Shown: piece by piece, positions 18,075 through 27,359 of the stretch | Layout of the letters: the number at the start of each line of letters is the position of its first letter | How positions within the stretch are numbered: position 1 is the stretch's first letter | Assembly: GCA_036679645.1 (NCBI GenBank) | Contig: JAZDCY010000098.1 | Span: forward strand, 1-64,000 | Reading direction: 5' to 3' | From: Gemmatimonadota bacterium | Lineage (GTDB): Bacteria > Gemmatimonadota > Gemmatimonadetes > Gemmatimonadales > GWC2-71-9 | Length of the DNA stretch: 64,000 bases | The notes under the pieces: generated by a model | Told to the model about the DNA's origin: nothing | The model's input: the letters and a program-made list of their open reading frames with translations, nothing else | Databases searched by the model: none | Program-made: the position numbers and the translations under genes

Positions 18075-19049
18075 ATGACAGACCAAGGGACAGAGAAGAC
18101 AACCGAATACGATGTGATCATCGTCGGCGGCGGCCCCGCAGGGCTATGCGCAGCCCTGTACGCCGGCAGGGGCATGTTGAACGCGCTGCTCATCGAGCGC
18201 GGGCTGCCTGGCGGCGAACTACTCAATACCGAACTCATCGAGGACTATATTGGCTTCGAGAGCATCCTAGGCCGTGACCTCGCGCAGAAGATGGCAGACC
18301 ACGCAAAGAAGTTCGGCGCCAACATCGCGACCGATACGGTCGATGCGGTGGAAAAACAGGATGACGGTGCTTTCCGCGTCACTACCCAACTTGGCAAGAC
18401 CTACGTTGCCCCTACGGTGATCCTCACCGCCGGCGGAACCCCCACGAAACTGGGAATCCCCGGCGAGCAGGAGTTTGCTGGGCGTGGGGTATCGTATTGC
18501 GCGGTGTGCGACGGTGCATTCTTCAAGGGCGAGACTATTGCGGTGGTCGGTGGCGGGGACGCAGCGGCTGAGGAGGCGGACTACCTCACCCGGTATACGG
18601 AGAAGGTGTACCTCATCCACCGGAGAGACCGGCTTCGTGCCTCGCCGCTCCTCGCGCAACGCGTATTCAACAATCCCAAGATCGAGGTGGTCTGGAACAA
18701 GGTCGTCGAGCAAATCGAGGGCGAGGTGAAGGGCGTGCAGCAACTCCGGTTACGCGATACGTCGACGGGGGAATCGTCAACGCTCGCCGTGACCGGCGTC
18801 TTCATCTTCATTGGGTTCATGCCCAATACCGGAGTCATCCGGGGACACTTCGACCACGATCCGGAAGGCTACCTCGTAACCGACGATCACATGATGACAT
18901 CGATCGAGGGGCTGTTCGCCGCAGGCGATGTGCGGGTGCAGGTGACCCGTCAGATCACGACGGCGGTTGGCGATGCCACGACGGCCGCGATCGCGGTCGA
19001 GAAATACGTCACCCAGCGAAAGGAGCAGGCTGCGGTTGGCGCTTCCTGA
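18075..19049 (+). CDS. trxB: Thioredoxin-disulfide reductase
   Basis: GGGPAG, GVSYCAVCDG, GGGDAA, IHRRD and FAAGD motifs; SD GAGAGG before ATG 18075. Confidence 0.95.
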   Translation: MTDQGTEKTTEYDVIIVGGGPAGLCAALYAGRGMLNALLIERGLPGGELLNTELIEDYIGFESILGRDLAQKMADHAKKFGANIATDTVDAVEKQDDGAFRVTTQLGKTYVAPTVILTAGGTPTKLGIPGEQEFAGRGVSYCAVCDGAFFKGETIAVVGGGDAAAEEADYLTRYTEKVYLIHRRDRLRASPLLAQRVFNNPKIEVVWNKVVEQIEGEVKGVQQLRLRDTSTGESSTLAVTGVFIFIGFMPNTGVIRGHFDHDPEGYLVTDDHMMTSIEGLFAAGDVRVQVTRQITTAVGDATTAAIAVEKYVTQRKEQAAVGAS

Positions 19050-19686
19050 GATCATCTGTCTCACCAACGGGATCTTCGAGGAGAACTGTTTCATCCTCGC
19101 TGACCGCGACCGGGGTGAAGCCGTTCTCGTGGATCCCGGTGAGGAAGCCGATCTCTTCCTGGCGCGGCTCGACTCCGAGCGTCTCGCGCTCACGGCCATC
19201 TGGCTCACGCATGCGCACCTCGATCACGTCATGGGTGTGGGTCGCGTGGTGGAGCAGACGGGGGTGCCGGTGTGGCTGCATCCCGACGACCGTCCCCTGT
19301 ACGATGCGGTGCCACAACAGGCTGCTAGCCTGCTCGGGATCGAGGTACCGCCGCCACCCACCCCCAATCACGATCTAGCCGACGGCAGTTCGCTTCGCGT
19401 GGGCGAATTGGTCTTCGACGTCCTCCATGTACCGGGGCACAGTCCCGGTCACGTCGCGTTCGTCATGCCGGGTGCCGCGGTATCAGGGGACGTTCTCTTC
19501 GCCGGATCGATCGGGCGCACCGACCTGCCCGGTGGCAGCGCGGAGACGCTCCTGCGCAGCATTCGCGAGCGATTGGCAGTGCTGCCCGACGATACGGTCG
19601 TCTACCCGGGTCATGGTCCAACGACGACGATCGGGTCCGAGAAGGCGACGAATCCGTTCCTGACCGGGGCGGTTCGGCTCGCCTAG
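19036..19686 (+). CDS. Metallo-beta-lactamase-fold hydrolase (glyoxalase II/YcbL-like)
   Basis: THAHLDH, PGHSPG, SGDVLFAGSIGRTD and YPGHG motifs; TTG start with AAGGAG SD. Confidence 0.92.
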   Translation: MALPEIICLTNGIFEENCFILADRDRGEAVLVDPGEEADLFLARLDSERLALTAIWLTHAHLDHVMGVGRVVEQTGVPVWLHPDDRPLYDAVPQQAASLLGIEVPPPPTPNHDLADGSSLRVGELVFDVLHVPGHSPGHVAFVMPGAAVSGDVLFAGSIGRTDLPGGSAETLLRSIRERLAVLPDDTVVYPGHGPTTTIGSEKATNPFLTGAVRLA

Positions 19687-19695
19687 GCAGAAAGA

Positions 19696-19797
19696 GTGCC
19701 CCGTTGCGGTTTCCCCATCCGCTCCCGTCCGTGGGGGTGCAAGAACCCGTGTCCCAACTGCGGCTTTGTCTATCCGTTGGGCGACTGCTCTGACTGA
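19696..19797 (+). CDS. Putative Cys-rich zinc-finger microprotein (33 aa)
   Basis: GTG-PRCGFPIRSRPWGCKNPCPNCGFVYPLGDCSD-TGA; 5 Cys including CPNCG; below the ORF-track cutoff. Confidence 0.55.
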   Translation: MPRCGFPIRSRPWGCKNPCPNCGFVYPLGDCSD

Positions 19798-19924
19798 AGA
19801 GCAGCGTCGCATGAAGTTTTCGTGAAGGTGATGCGTCTCGCCGACGCTCTTCATTTTTCGCCGATGGAACAACTTGCGTATCGCGCGGTGCTGCGGAATA
19901 TTTACGAGTACAGGGAGGGAAACC

Positions 19925-20380
19925 GTGCGTATTACAACGTGGGCTGAATACGGGCTCATCGTCACCATTCATCTGGCGCGCCGCGCCGATGAAGGGGCCA
20001 TTCCTGCTCGTACCATAGCGCAAGTAGAACACCTTCCGGCAGACTACGTCGAGCAGATACTCCTCAAGTTGCGGCGCGCCGGCGTGGTCAGCAGCGTGCG
20101 CGGCGCCAAGGGTGGCTACAGTCTGAGTGGGCCGCCCGAGGACACGACTATTCGTGACGTCATCCAGGCCGCCGAGGATCATACCTTCGAGGTGAATTGC
20201 GACGTACGGCGGGTTAATCCGGAACGGTGCGGACCAGGAGGCGATTGCACCCTCCGGCCGGTATGGCGCGCGCTGCAGGTGCGCGTAGACGACTTCCTCG
20301 AATCGATCTCGCTTGCCGATCTCATGGGCGACGAGGCGAGCGTCGAGCGGGCCGTGTTGTTCGCGTCGAGCGACGCCTGA
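19925..20380 (+). CDS. Rrf2-family transcriptional regulator (three Cys, IscR-like)
   Basis: MRITTWAEYG, YVEQILLKL, SVRGAKGGY and C-x9-C-x5-C; SD AGGGAGG. Confidence 0.92.
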   Translation: MRITTWAEYGLIVTIHLARRADEGAIPARTIAQVEHLPADYVEQILLKLRRAGVVSSVRGAKGGYSLSGPPEDTTIRDVIQAAEDHTFEVNCDVRRVNPERCGPGGDCTLRPVWRALQVRVDDFLESISLADLMGDEASVERAVLFASSDA

Positions 20381-20393
20381 TACCGGGGAAGTC

Positions 20394-21545
20394 ATGACGG
20401 GCCGCGACGGGCTATCGGCGGCGGAACTACGCCGGTACGCCAGGCACGTCATTCTTCCTGAAGTCGGTGAAGCGGGCCAGCTGCGGCTCAAGGCCGGCCG
20501 CGTGCTCCTGGTGGGCGCGGGGGGCTTGGGGTCGCCGGCCGCACTCTACCTTGCGGCAGCGGGTGTTGGCACGCTCGGCATTGTCGATGACGACATCGTC
20601 GACGAGAGCAACCTCCAGCGCCAGATCCTGCACGGGACATCGACAGTCGGGTTGGGCAAACTCGTGTCGGCCGAGGCGCGTGTCCACGACCTGAATCCGC
20701 ATGTCGTCGTTGAACCCTTTCCCACCAGACTGACTGCCGCCAACGCGCGGGAGATCATCTCCGCGTTCGACGTCGTGGTAGACGGCAGCGACAACTTCCC
20801 GACCCGCTACCTCGTGAACGATGCCTGCGTATTGGAGGGCAAGCCCGACGTATACGGTGCCATCCTCAAGTTCGAGGGCCAGGTCTCGGTCTTCGGTGCC
20901 AAAGGGGGGCCGTGCTACCGCTGCCTGTTCCGCGATCCGCCGCCACCCGAGTTGGTGCCGTCTTGCGAGGAAGCAGGGGTCATCGGTGTAATCCCAGGCA
21001 TCATCGGGACGTTGCAGGCGTTGGAGGTCGTCAAGCTGCTCACGGGAATCGGAACGCCGCTGGCCGGACGGCTGCTCATCCTTGACGGGCTCTCGACCCG
21101 GTTTCGGGAACTGACGTTGCAGCGAGACCCTCAGTGCCCGGTCTGCGGGACACACCCGACCGTGACGGAGTTGATCGACTACGAGGCCTTCTGCGGCGAG
21201 ACGGCAGGGGCCACGACAGAACGCGACGGATACGAGATCACGCCGGGAGAACTTGCCACGCGGCTGGTGGACGGTGCCCGACCGGTGCTCATCGACGTGC
21301 GGGAAGCGTGGGAGTGGCAGATCGGGTCCATCGATGGTTCGCTGCACATTCCGTTGGGGGAACTACCGGCACACGTTGAGGGGCTCGACAAGACGCAGCC
21401 GGTCGTCGCGTACTGCCATCACGGGGCGCGCTCGCTCGCAGCAGCACGCATCCTCTGGGGAGCTGGGTTTACGGACGTGCGGAGTCTCCGCGGCGGGATC
21501 GATGCGTGGGCGAGGGAGGTGGATGAGGAGGTAGGGACGTACTAG
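20394..21545 (+). CDS. moeB: MoeB/MoeZ adenylyltransferase-sulfurtransferase (ThiF plus rhodanese)
   Basis: RYARH, GAGGLGSP, SNLQRQ, PCYRC, CPVC and rhodanese YCHHGARS. Confidence 0.92.
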   Translation: MTGRDGLSAAELRRYARHVILPEVGEAGQLRLKAGRVLLVGAGGLGSPAALYLAAAGVGTLGIVDDDIVDESNLQRQILHGTSTVGLGKLVSAEARVHDLNPHVVVEPFPTRLTAANAREIISAFDVVVDGSDNFPTRYLVNDACVLEGKPDVYGAILKFEGQVSVFGAKGGPCYRCLFRDPPPPELVPSCEEAGVIGVIPGIIGTLQALEVVKLLTGIGTPLAGRLLILDGLSTRFRELTLQRDPQCPVCGTHPTVTELIDYEAFCGETAGATTERDGYEITPGELATRLVDGARPVLIDVREAWEWQIGSIDGSLHIPLGELPAHVEGLDKTQPVVAYCHHGARSLAAARILWGAGFTDVRSLRGGIDAWAREVDEEVGTY

Positions 21546-21631
21546 ACGCTCAGACGCTCAGCTGCACAGACGCTCAGGGGTTAACGGTGAGATCTCTGAG
21601 CAACTGTGCGTCTGAGCAACTGTGCGTCTAG
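21542..21631. repeat. Inverted pair of octamer tandem arrays (AGACGCTC-type)
   Basis: ctag acgctcag acgctcag ctgcacag acgctcag (21542-21577) is an imperfect reverse complement of ctgagcaa ctgtgcgt ctgagcaa ctgtgcgt ctag (21596-21631). Confidence 0.85.
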
Positions 21632-21639
21632 CGGTTCAG

Positions 21640-21723
21640 TGCCGAAGGGGGGATTCGAACCCCCACGGGCTTACGCCCACTGCGCCCTGAACGCAGCGCG
21701 TCTACCAGTTCCACCACTTCGGC
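21640..21723 (-). tRNA. tRNA-Leu (anticodon CAG)
   Basis: GCCGAAG acceptor stem, anticodon arm CTGCG-TTCAGGG-CGCAG, long variable arm, GTTCGAATC T-loop; CCA not encoded. Confidence 0.97.
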
Positions 21724-21836
21724 GTTCGCGCCGGCGGGAACACGGCGGCGCGCGGCGGAATATAGAACGGGTCCCGAGCGAGCGTCAACCGTCAGCTTGA
21801 CCGTCCGGAAACCGTTTCATATCTTGAAGTTAGCTT

Positions 21837-22316
21837 GTGTCCTCAGATCCTCAGAAATCCGTTGCCGGCGGTCCGGTAGTAGCGCGCAATCGCAAGGCGC
21901 GCCACGAATACCATTTGCTCGAGACGTGGGAAGCCGGACTCGTTCTCACCGGTACCGAAATCAAGTCCGTACGGGCGGGGAAGGTCAGTCTGAAAGAGGC
22001 CTTCGGCATCGTGCGGAACGGTGAGGTGTGGCTGGAAGGGATGAACATCTCACCCTACGAGTCTGCCGGCTACGCAACGCACGATCCCACGCGGTCGCGC
22101 AAACTCCTGCTCCATGTTCGGGAGATTCGCCGGTTGATTGGTGCGGTCGAACGACAGGGCCTCACACTCATTCCGCTGGACCTGCATCTCACGCGGGGTC
22201 GTGCCAAGGTCACTATGGCGCTGGCGCGTGGCAAGAAGCGTCACGACAAGCGTGAAGATGCCAAGCGACGAGATGCAGCGCGCGAGGCAGCCCGCGCGGT
22301 AGGGCGGCGGACGTGA
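21837..22316 (+). CDS. smpB: SsrA-binding protein
   Basis: NRKARHEY, EAGLVLTGTEIKS, RKLLLH and GKKRHDKRE motifs. Confidence 0.97.
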   Translation: MSSDPQKSVAGGPVVARNRKARHEYHLLETWEAGLVLTGTEIKSVRAGKVSLKEAFGIVRNGEVWLEGMNISPYESAGYATHDPTRSRKLLLHVREIRRLIGAVERQGLTLIPLDLHLTRGRAKVTMALARGKKRHDKREDAKRRDAAREAARAVGRRT

Positions 22317-23509
22317 TCGTGCGAGCGCTCTGGTTGGCGGCTGCCGTGCTGGGTCCGCCTACTGCCGATTCGTTCCCGCCGACGCCTCCGGCCGTCATGA
22401 TCGCCACATCCCGTGGCCAGCTATCGGTGCCCGTGACATCCAGGCGGGGGCACCCCGCGATCCCGGCTGCGCCACTCGTCTCGTTGCTCCCCATGACCCA
22501 CCGCGTGCAGGACGGATGGGCCACGGTGCACTTTGCTGGGCAGTCGTTTCGTTTCCTGCTGGGCGCGCCGGTGCTGGTGGACGCGGGGCGGCTCGTTCCC
22601 CTTGTCGGTGGGGCATTCGTCGAGCGTGACTCGCTCTTCGTGCCGCTGCAGTGGCTCACCGACTACGTCCCACGGCGGTTTCGGGAGGCGTATCACTACG
22701 ACCCGCTCGCCGCCCGCTTTGAGGAGGTGGGGTTTACCCCGGTCGTGCGGACCGCCTCGCCGGCCGCGAACGCTGCCGGGCTACGTAACTCGCACATGGT
22801 CGTGATCGATCCCGGGCATGGCGGTGCGGACCGGGGCAACCCCGGCCGATTCCTGCCGCGCGGCATGCAGGAGAAGCATGTGACGCTTGCCATATCGCTC
22901 TATCTCAGAGACGAGCTGGAGCGCCGTGGTGTCACCGTCGTGCTGACACGCACAACGGACACGTTGATCGGTCTGTACGATCGGGCGAATTCCTGTCTAC
23001 GGGACTGCGACCTGTTTGTGAGCGTGCATGTGAACGCCCTCAACCCCAGTCCCGGGTATCAGCGTGTCGCCGGTGTGAACACGTACTTTCTCGGTGATGC
23101 TCTCACCGCAGAATCCCGTCGAGTGGCGGCGATCGAGAACGAGGCGATTCGCTACGAAACGGGCCGGCCGTTCGAGCCAGACGACCCGCGGCTGTTCATC
23201 ATGAAGGCGTTGCAGACCAACGAGTTTCTTCGCGAGTCGGCGCTGCTCGCCGAGCTGGTGCAGGAATCCGCCTCCGCAGTGCACCCGGGCCGCAATCGTG
23301 GGGTGGCGGAGAACCGGTTCGTTGTGCTGGCCACGGCACGGCGACCCGCCATCTTGGTAGAGACGGGGTTTGCTACGAACCGGAGTGATGCCCAGTACCT
23401 CGCATCGCGGCGCGGGCAGCAGCGTCTCGCGCGTGCGATAGCCGAGGGCGTTGTCGAGTACCTCCGGCGCTACGAGGCCAAGACCGGGGTGGGTGGGGGG
23501 GGGCCGTGA
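22313..23509 (+). CDS. N-acetylmuramoyl-L-alanine amidase (Amidase_3)
   Basis: VIDPGHGG, EK, FVSVHVNA and AILVETGF motifs; signal peptide. Confidence 0.92.
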   Translation: MIVRALWLAAAVLGPPTADSFPPTPPAVMIATSRGQLSVPVTSRRGHPAIPAAPLVSLLPMTHRVQDGWATVHFAGQSFRFLLGAPVLVDAGRLVPLVGGAFVERDSLFVPLQWLTDYVPRRFREAYHYDPLAARFEEVGFTPVVRTASPAANAAGLRNSHMVVIDPGHGGADRGNPGRFLPRGMQEKHVTLAISLYLRDELERRGVTVVLTRTTDTLIGLYDRANSCLRDCDLFVSVHVNALNPSPGYQRVAGVNTYFLGDALTAESRRVAAIENEAIRYETGRPFEPDDPRLFIMKALQTNEFLRESALLAELVQESASAVHPGRNRGVAENRFVVLATARRPAILVETGFATNRSDAQYLASRRGQQRLARAIAEGVVEYLRRYEAKTGVGGGGP

Positions 23510-24843
23510 GCCGGCGCGTCGCGGTTGCCGTCACGCTCGTGCTGCTTGGGGCGGGGTGTGCGTACTACAACGGGCTCTACAACGCCAATCGGCTCGCGAA
23601 CGACGCGCGCCGCGCCGAGCGAGAGGGGCGGACCGGTGAGGCGCGGTCCCTCTGGTCGCAGGTGGCCATCAAAGCAGAATCGGTTGCTACCCGATTTCCC
23701 CACAGCAAGTATCGCGACGATGCGCTGCTGCTCCAGGGCACGGCCCTCTTCAACCTCCATGCGTGTAGCCAGGCGGTGAGTCCCCTCGCGGCGGCCGCCG
23801 ACTCGAGCCCCGATGCGGTCATCAGTGCGCGGTCACGTCTGCTGTTGGCCCGCTGCCGTCTCGCCATGTTCGAGCCCGACTCTGCCCGGCTGACGCTCGA
23901 TCCGCTCGTTGCCAAGGCCGATTCAGCCGACCGGCGGGAAGCGCTGTTGCTCCGCGGGCAGGCGGCGTTGGCCCTCGGAGATGACTCGGCTGCGCGGCGG
24001 GATCTAGAAGAGAGTGCGCACCCCCTTGCCGTGTTCCCGCTTGCCGTCGTGCTGGTGCGCCAGCACGAGCCCGATCGTGCCGCCGAGGTGCTCGCAGCCG
24101 CGACCGCGGCGCCGTACGACGAGGATCTCTGGCTCGAGACACTCGACACGCTCGGGGTTCCACGCATCGAGCGGGCATCGCGATTGGTCTCGACCCTGCT
24201 CGAGCGGCCGGATTTGGGTACTGGAGCGCGGGCCCGGCTCCTCGTCGACGACGGCGAGCGTTGGCAGGGTGCGGGCGAAGCGAAGCGTGCCGCCGGCCGC
24301 TTTCGTGTGGCAGCAGAGTTGGTTCCGGATTCCGTCGAGGGGCGTCTGGCGCAGACGTACCTCATGGTCGCCGCAATACGGCAGTCGCACGATCCCGATG
24401 ACATGCGTGATTTGCTAGACACGCTGCGCGCCGCGACGCAACGCGGTGGGGAACCGGCCGTGGTCGCCGGGCGGTTCGTGACGATCCTCGGGCGGGCGGT
24501 CGAGGCGATGTTGCAGGACACTGCGGATCTGGCTCTCTTCGTGGCCGCCGAAGATGTACGTGACACGCTCGGCATACGACCATTGGCCGCGGCACTCTTC
24601 GAGCGAGTCGCGCAAGCGTACCCGCGGTCGGTCATCGCGCCCAAGGCGCTTCTCGCCGCGGCCGTGCTCCAGCCCGATATGCGGCGCGTGCTCCTCGAGC
24701 GGGTGCGCAGGGAGTACCCTGGGTCGGTGTACGTCCGAGCCCTGAGTGGTCAAGCGGGTCCCGAGTATCAAGCGGTCGAGGACTCTCTGCGACAACTGCT
24801 GCCGGCAGTCACTGGGCGGCGGCGACGTCGATCCGGGAACTAG
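23506..24843 (+). CDS. TPR-like helical-repeat lipoprotein
   Basis: Lipobox LGAGC followed by AYYNGLYNA; Ala/Leu-rich helical repeats. Confidence 0.75.
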   Translation: MSRRVAVAVTLVLLGAGCAYYNGLYNANRLANDARRAEREGRTGEARSLWSQVAIKAESVATRFPHSKYRDDALLLQGTALFNLHACSQAVSPLAAAADSSPDAVISARSRLLLARCRLAMFEPDSARLTLDPLVAKADSADRREALLLRGQAALALGDDSAARRDLEESAHPLAVFPLAVVLVRQHEPDRAAEVLAAATAAPYDEDLWLETLDTLGVPRIERASRLVSTLLERPDLGTGARARLLVDDGERWQGAGEAKRAAGRFRVAAELVPDSVEGRLAQTYLMVAAIRQSHDPDDMRDLLDTLRAATQRGGEPAVVAGRFVTILGRAVEAMLQDTADLALFVAAEDVRDTLGIRPLAAALFERVAQAYPRSVIAPKALLAAAVLQPDMRRVLLERVRREYPGSVYVRALSGQAGPEYQAVEDSLRQLLPAVTGRRRRRSGN

Positions 24844-24845
24844 CC

Positions 24846-25727
24846 GTGACCGCTCGCCGTCCTCCAATCGAGCTGTTCGACACCACGTTCCAGAATCCTA
24901 TCCTTCTCGCCGCCGGCACCGCCGGTTTCGGGCGCGAACTCCAAGGTGTGGTGGCGTTGGATCGATTGGGCGGCGTTATCACCAAGTCGGTTAGCGCGGA
25001 GCCTCGCGTAGGTCATCCGGCTCCACGCGTGGCGGAGTTTGCTGGCGGCATGATGAATTCAGTCGGTCTCGCGAACCCGGGTGTTCGCGCCGTGCAGGAG
25101 GTCGAGCTCCCATGGCTGGCGGCACACGCCGGCGGGGCTCGGGTCATAGTGAGCGTGGTGGGTGCAACAGTGGCCGAGTATGTCGCAGTCGTGACCGAGC
25201 TGGAGGGAGAGGAGATCGTCACGGCGTTCGAGCTGAATCTCTCGTGCCCTAACAGCGAGCGCGGTGGCGAGCACTTTGGGGCGGATGATCGGGTGCTCGA
25301 GGGTCTCGTTGCCCAGTGCCGGCAGGCCAGTACTAGGCCTATCATCGCCAAGCTGGCGCCAACGCTCCCCGATGTGGCGCGGACGGCCAGTATCGCTGCT
25401 GGCGCGGGGGCCGATGCAATCGCGGTGGTGAACACTTTCCCCGGATTTCTCTTCTCGGCCGACTCGGGAACGACCGATCGGTTACCGCTCCTGGGTGCGG
25501 GCCAGGGTGGAGTGAGCGGCCCGGCGCTCCTGGCCGTAGGAATCCAGGCGACCCGCCGCGTGCGAGAGGCGACCGAACTGCCGGTGATCGGGGTCGGTGG
25601 CATTCGGCGGCCGGACGACGTGCGGCAGTACCTGGATGCGGGGGCAGCTCTCGTGGCGGTGGGTACGGCGGCGCTGGCGGATCCTCGTATCCCCGAGCGA
25701 CTCGCTGAGGCGTGGATGCGTGGCTGA
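24846..25727 (+). CDS. pyrD: Dihydroorotate dehydrogenase (class 1) catalytic subunit
   Basis: NSVGLANPG, ELNLSCPN, KLAP, GGVSGPA and IGVGGI motifs. Confidence 0.93.
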   Translation: MTARRPPIELFDTTFQNPILLAAGTAGFGRELQGVVALDRLGGVITKSVSAEPRVGHPAPRVAEFAGGMMNSVGLANPGVRAVQEVELPWLAAHAGGARVIVSVVGATVAEYVAVVTELEGEEIVTAFELNLSCPNSERGGEHFGADDRVLEGLVAQCRQASTRPIIAKLAPTLPDVARTASIAAGAGADAIAVVNTFPGFLFSADSGTTDRLPLLGAGQGGVSGPALLAVGIQATRRVREATELPVIGVGGIRRPDDVRQYLDAGAALVAVGTAALADPRIPERLAEAWMRG

Positions 25728-26383
25728 GGTGATCGTAGCGCTCGACCAGCCGACCGAGGCGGAAGCACTGGCCCTGGTGGATGAGTTGGACGGGCCGCGC
25801 TGGGTGAAGGTGGGTGCCACCCTCTTCGCCTCCGCGGGTCCGTCGGTGGTGACCGCGCTGCGCGCCCGGGAAATCGAGGTGTTCCTGGATCTCAAGTGGC
25901 ACGATATTCCGCATCAGGTGGAGGGGGCCGTATGCGCGGCGGCCAATCTCGGCGTCGCGCTGGCGACGGTCCATGCCTTGGGCGGGCCGTCGATGCTCGA
26001 GGTGGCAGCACGAGCAGCGGCGACCACCGGTATCGACGTGGTGGCCGTCACGGTCCTGACCTCGCACACGGCGGACGAGTTTGGACGGGTGATCGGTCGG
26101 CCGGACGTGTCTGGGCTGCAGCGAGACGTGGAACGGCTAACCGTGCTCGCTAGGGACGCCCACCTCGCCGGTGTGGTGGCCTCTGCCGATGAGGCAGCGG
26201 CAGCCCGGCAGTTGCTTGGGCCCGGAGGCATCATTGTAGTCCCGGGCATTCGTCTCGCGGAGGATGAGGCGGACGACCAGCGGAGAACGGCCAGTCCGGC
26301 TCGGGCCCTGGCGGCGGCGGTCGATCACGCGAGCCAAGAGCCCGCGAGCGGTGTATCAGCAGGTAATGGAGGTTGTCACGTGA
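25720..26383 (+). pseudogene. pyrF: Orotidine-5'-phosphate decarboxylase with a frameshifting deletion near the 3' end
   Basis: IVALD, DLKWHDIPHQ, VTVLTS, VPGIR and DDQRR, then a shift near 26317 to RSITRAKSPRAVYQQVMEVVT* (TGA 26381-26383). Confidence 0.8.
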
Positions 26384-26811
26384 TACGTGGAGTTCATGCG
26401 TCAGGCCTGATCGCTGGGCTGGTCCTCGTCGCTGCCGCGGGCCGAGTGGGCGCCCAGACACCGCTCGATCAGGTGGTGGAACGGGCGCGGGGCGCCTGGC
26501 TGGCCCATGCCGCACGCGCATTGGTGGAGCACAGCGATACCGTCCGGTTGCGGATCCCTGGGGTCGCAATCTCGGCGGCGGTCCGGCCAGGGCAGGCGGC
26601 GCGCCTGCTAGAGCGCTATTTCGAATCGACCGAGGAAGCGGGCTTCGAGTTGCGTGGTATCAGGCACGTCGGTGCCGACCACGCGTACGCAGAGTTGCTC
26701 CGCCGGTTCGTGGTCCAGGGCACGGACGACGAGCGGGAGGAAACGGTCTTCTTTGGGTTCCGCGTGATCGGCGGTGAATGGCGTCTGCGCGAGGTGCGTG
26801 TTACGCCGTAA
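26380..26811 (+). CDS. Hypothetical exported protein (143 aa)
   Basis: GTG overlaps the shifted-frame pyrF stop (GTGA); SD GGAGG; signal-peptide-like N-terminus. Appears fused to pyrF in the ORF track. Confidence 0.7.
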   Translation: MIRGVHASGLIAGLVLVAAAGRVGAQTPLDQVVERARGAWLAHAARALVEHSDTVRLRIPGVAISAAVRPGQAARLLERYFESTEEAGFELRGIRHVGADHAYAELLRRFVVQGTDDEREETVFFGFRVIGGEWRLREVRVTP

Positions 26812-26879
26812 CGGTAATGGCCCAGTTTGAATTGTGACAAAGTTGCGGCCAGGCTGGCCACCACACTAGGTTCAGATTC

Positions 26880-27089
26880 ATGGCCGGAAAAGAACTCACC
26901 CTCGATCAATGGGAGACCATTGTCCGCGATCTGACCGCGATCACGGAACGAATTGATAGGGCCAAGGACGGTCTTGATCGGCATAAGGCAGGGCAACGCG
27001 CGGTCTGGGACGAGCTTGACCTTGCCGAGGCTCGCCTTCAGGGTTTGTCGATGTTCCTCGGACTGCTCGTTGATCGTGCCGAAGTTTAA
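26880..27089 (+). CDS. Hypothetical helical protein (69 aa), IS passenger
   Basis: ATG start, amphipathic helical pattern, overlaps the next ORF. Confidence 0.6.
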   Translation: MAGKELTLDQWETIVRDLTAITERIDRAKDGLDRHKAGQRAVWDELDLAEARLQGLSMFLGLLVDRAEV

Positions 27090-27348
27090 GGACCCCGACG
27101 ACGCGAAGCTCCGCGAGGACACCGCCGAGACGGCCTCTCGGACGCTTCAGGAAGCGATAGGCGCACGGCCCAAGACCGTGGTGCCGCCATCGGAGCGCAC
27201 TGACGCGGAGAAGGACGCGCAGGCAGTCGAGCGGGGCCGGAAAGGTGGGGAGAAGGGCGGGAAGGCGCGGGCCGAAGGGATGACCGAAGACCAGAAAGCT
27301 GAGGTCGCCCGGCTCGCCGCGACGGCTCGCTGGCGAAAGACTGACTAA
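27076..27348 (+). CDS. Small protein with a KGG-like basic motif, IS-associated
   Basis: AVERGRKGGEKGGKARAEGMTEDQKAEVARLAATARW; GTG start at 27076. Confidence 0.75.
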   Translation: MPKFKDPDDAKLREDTAETASRTLQEAIGARPKTVVPPSERTDAEKDAQAVERGRKGGEKGGKARAEGMTEDQKAEVARLAATARWRKTD

Positions 27349-27359
27349 CTCTCCGACAA

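Noticed and set aside
19684..19686. Pyrrolysine recoding of the MBL TAG
   Set aside because: No pyl genes in the window, and the MBL domain is complete at this stop.
21640..21723. tRNA-Leu as an integration site for an island
   Set aside because: No integrase nearby and no duplicated tRNA 3' end was seen.
25597..26811. Novel PyrF fusion protein (404 aa)
   Set aside because: Better explained by a frameshift: the native PyrF tail and stop exist in another frame, and the downstream ORF has its own SD, GTG and signal peptide.
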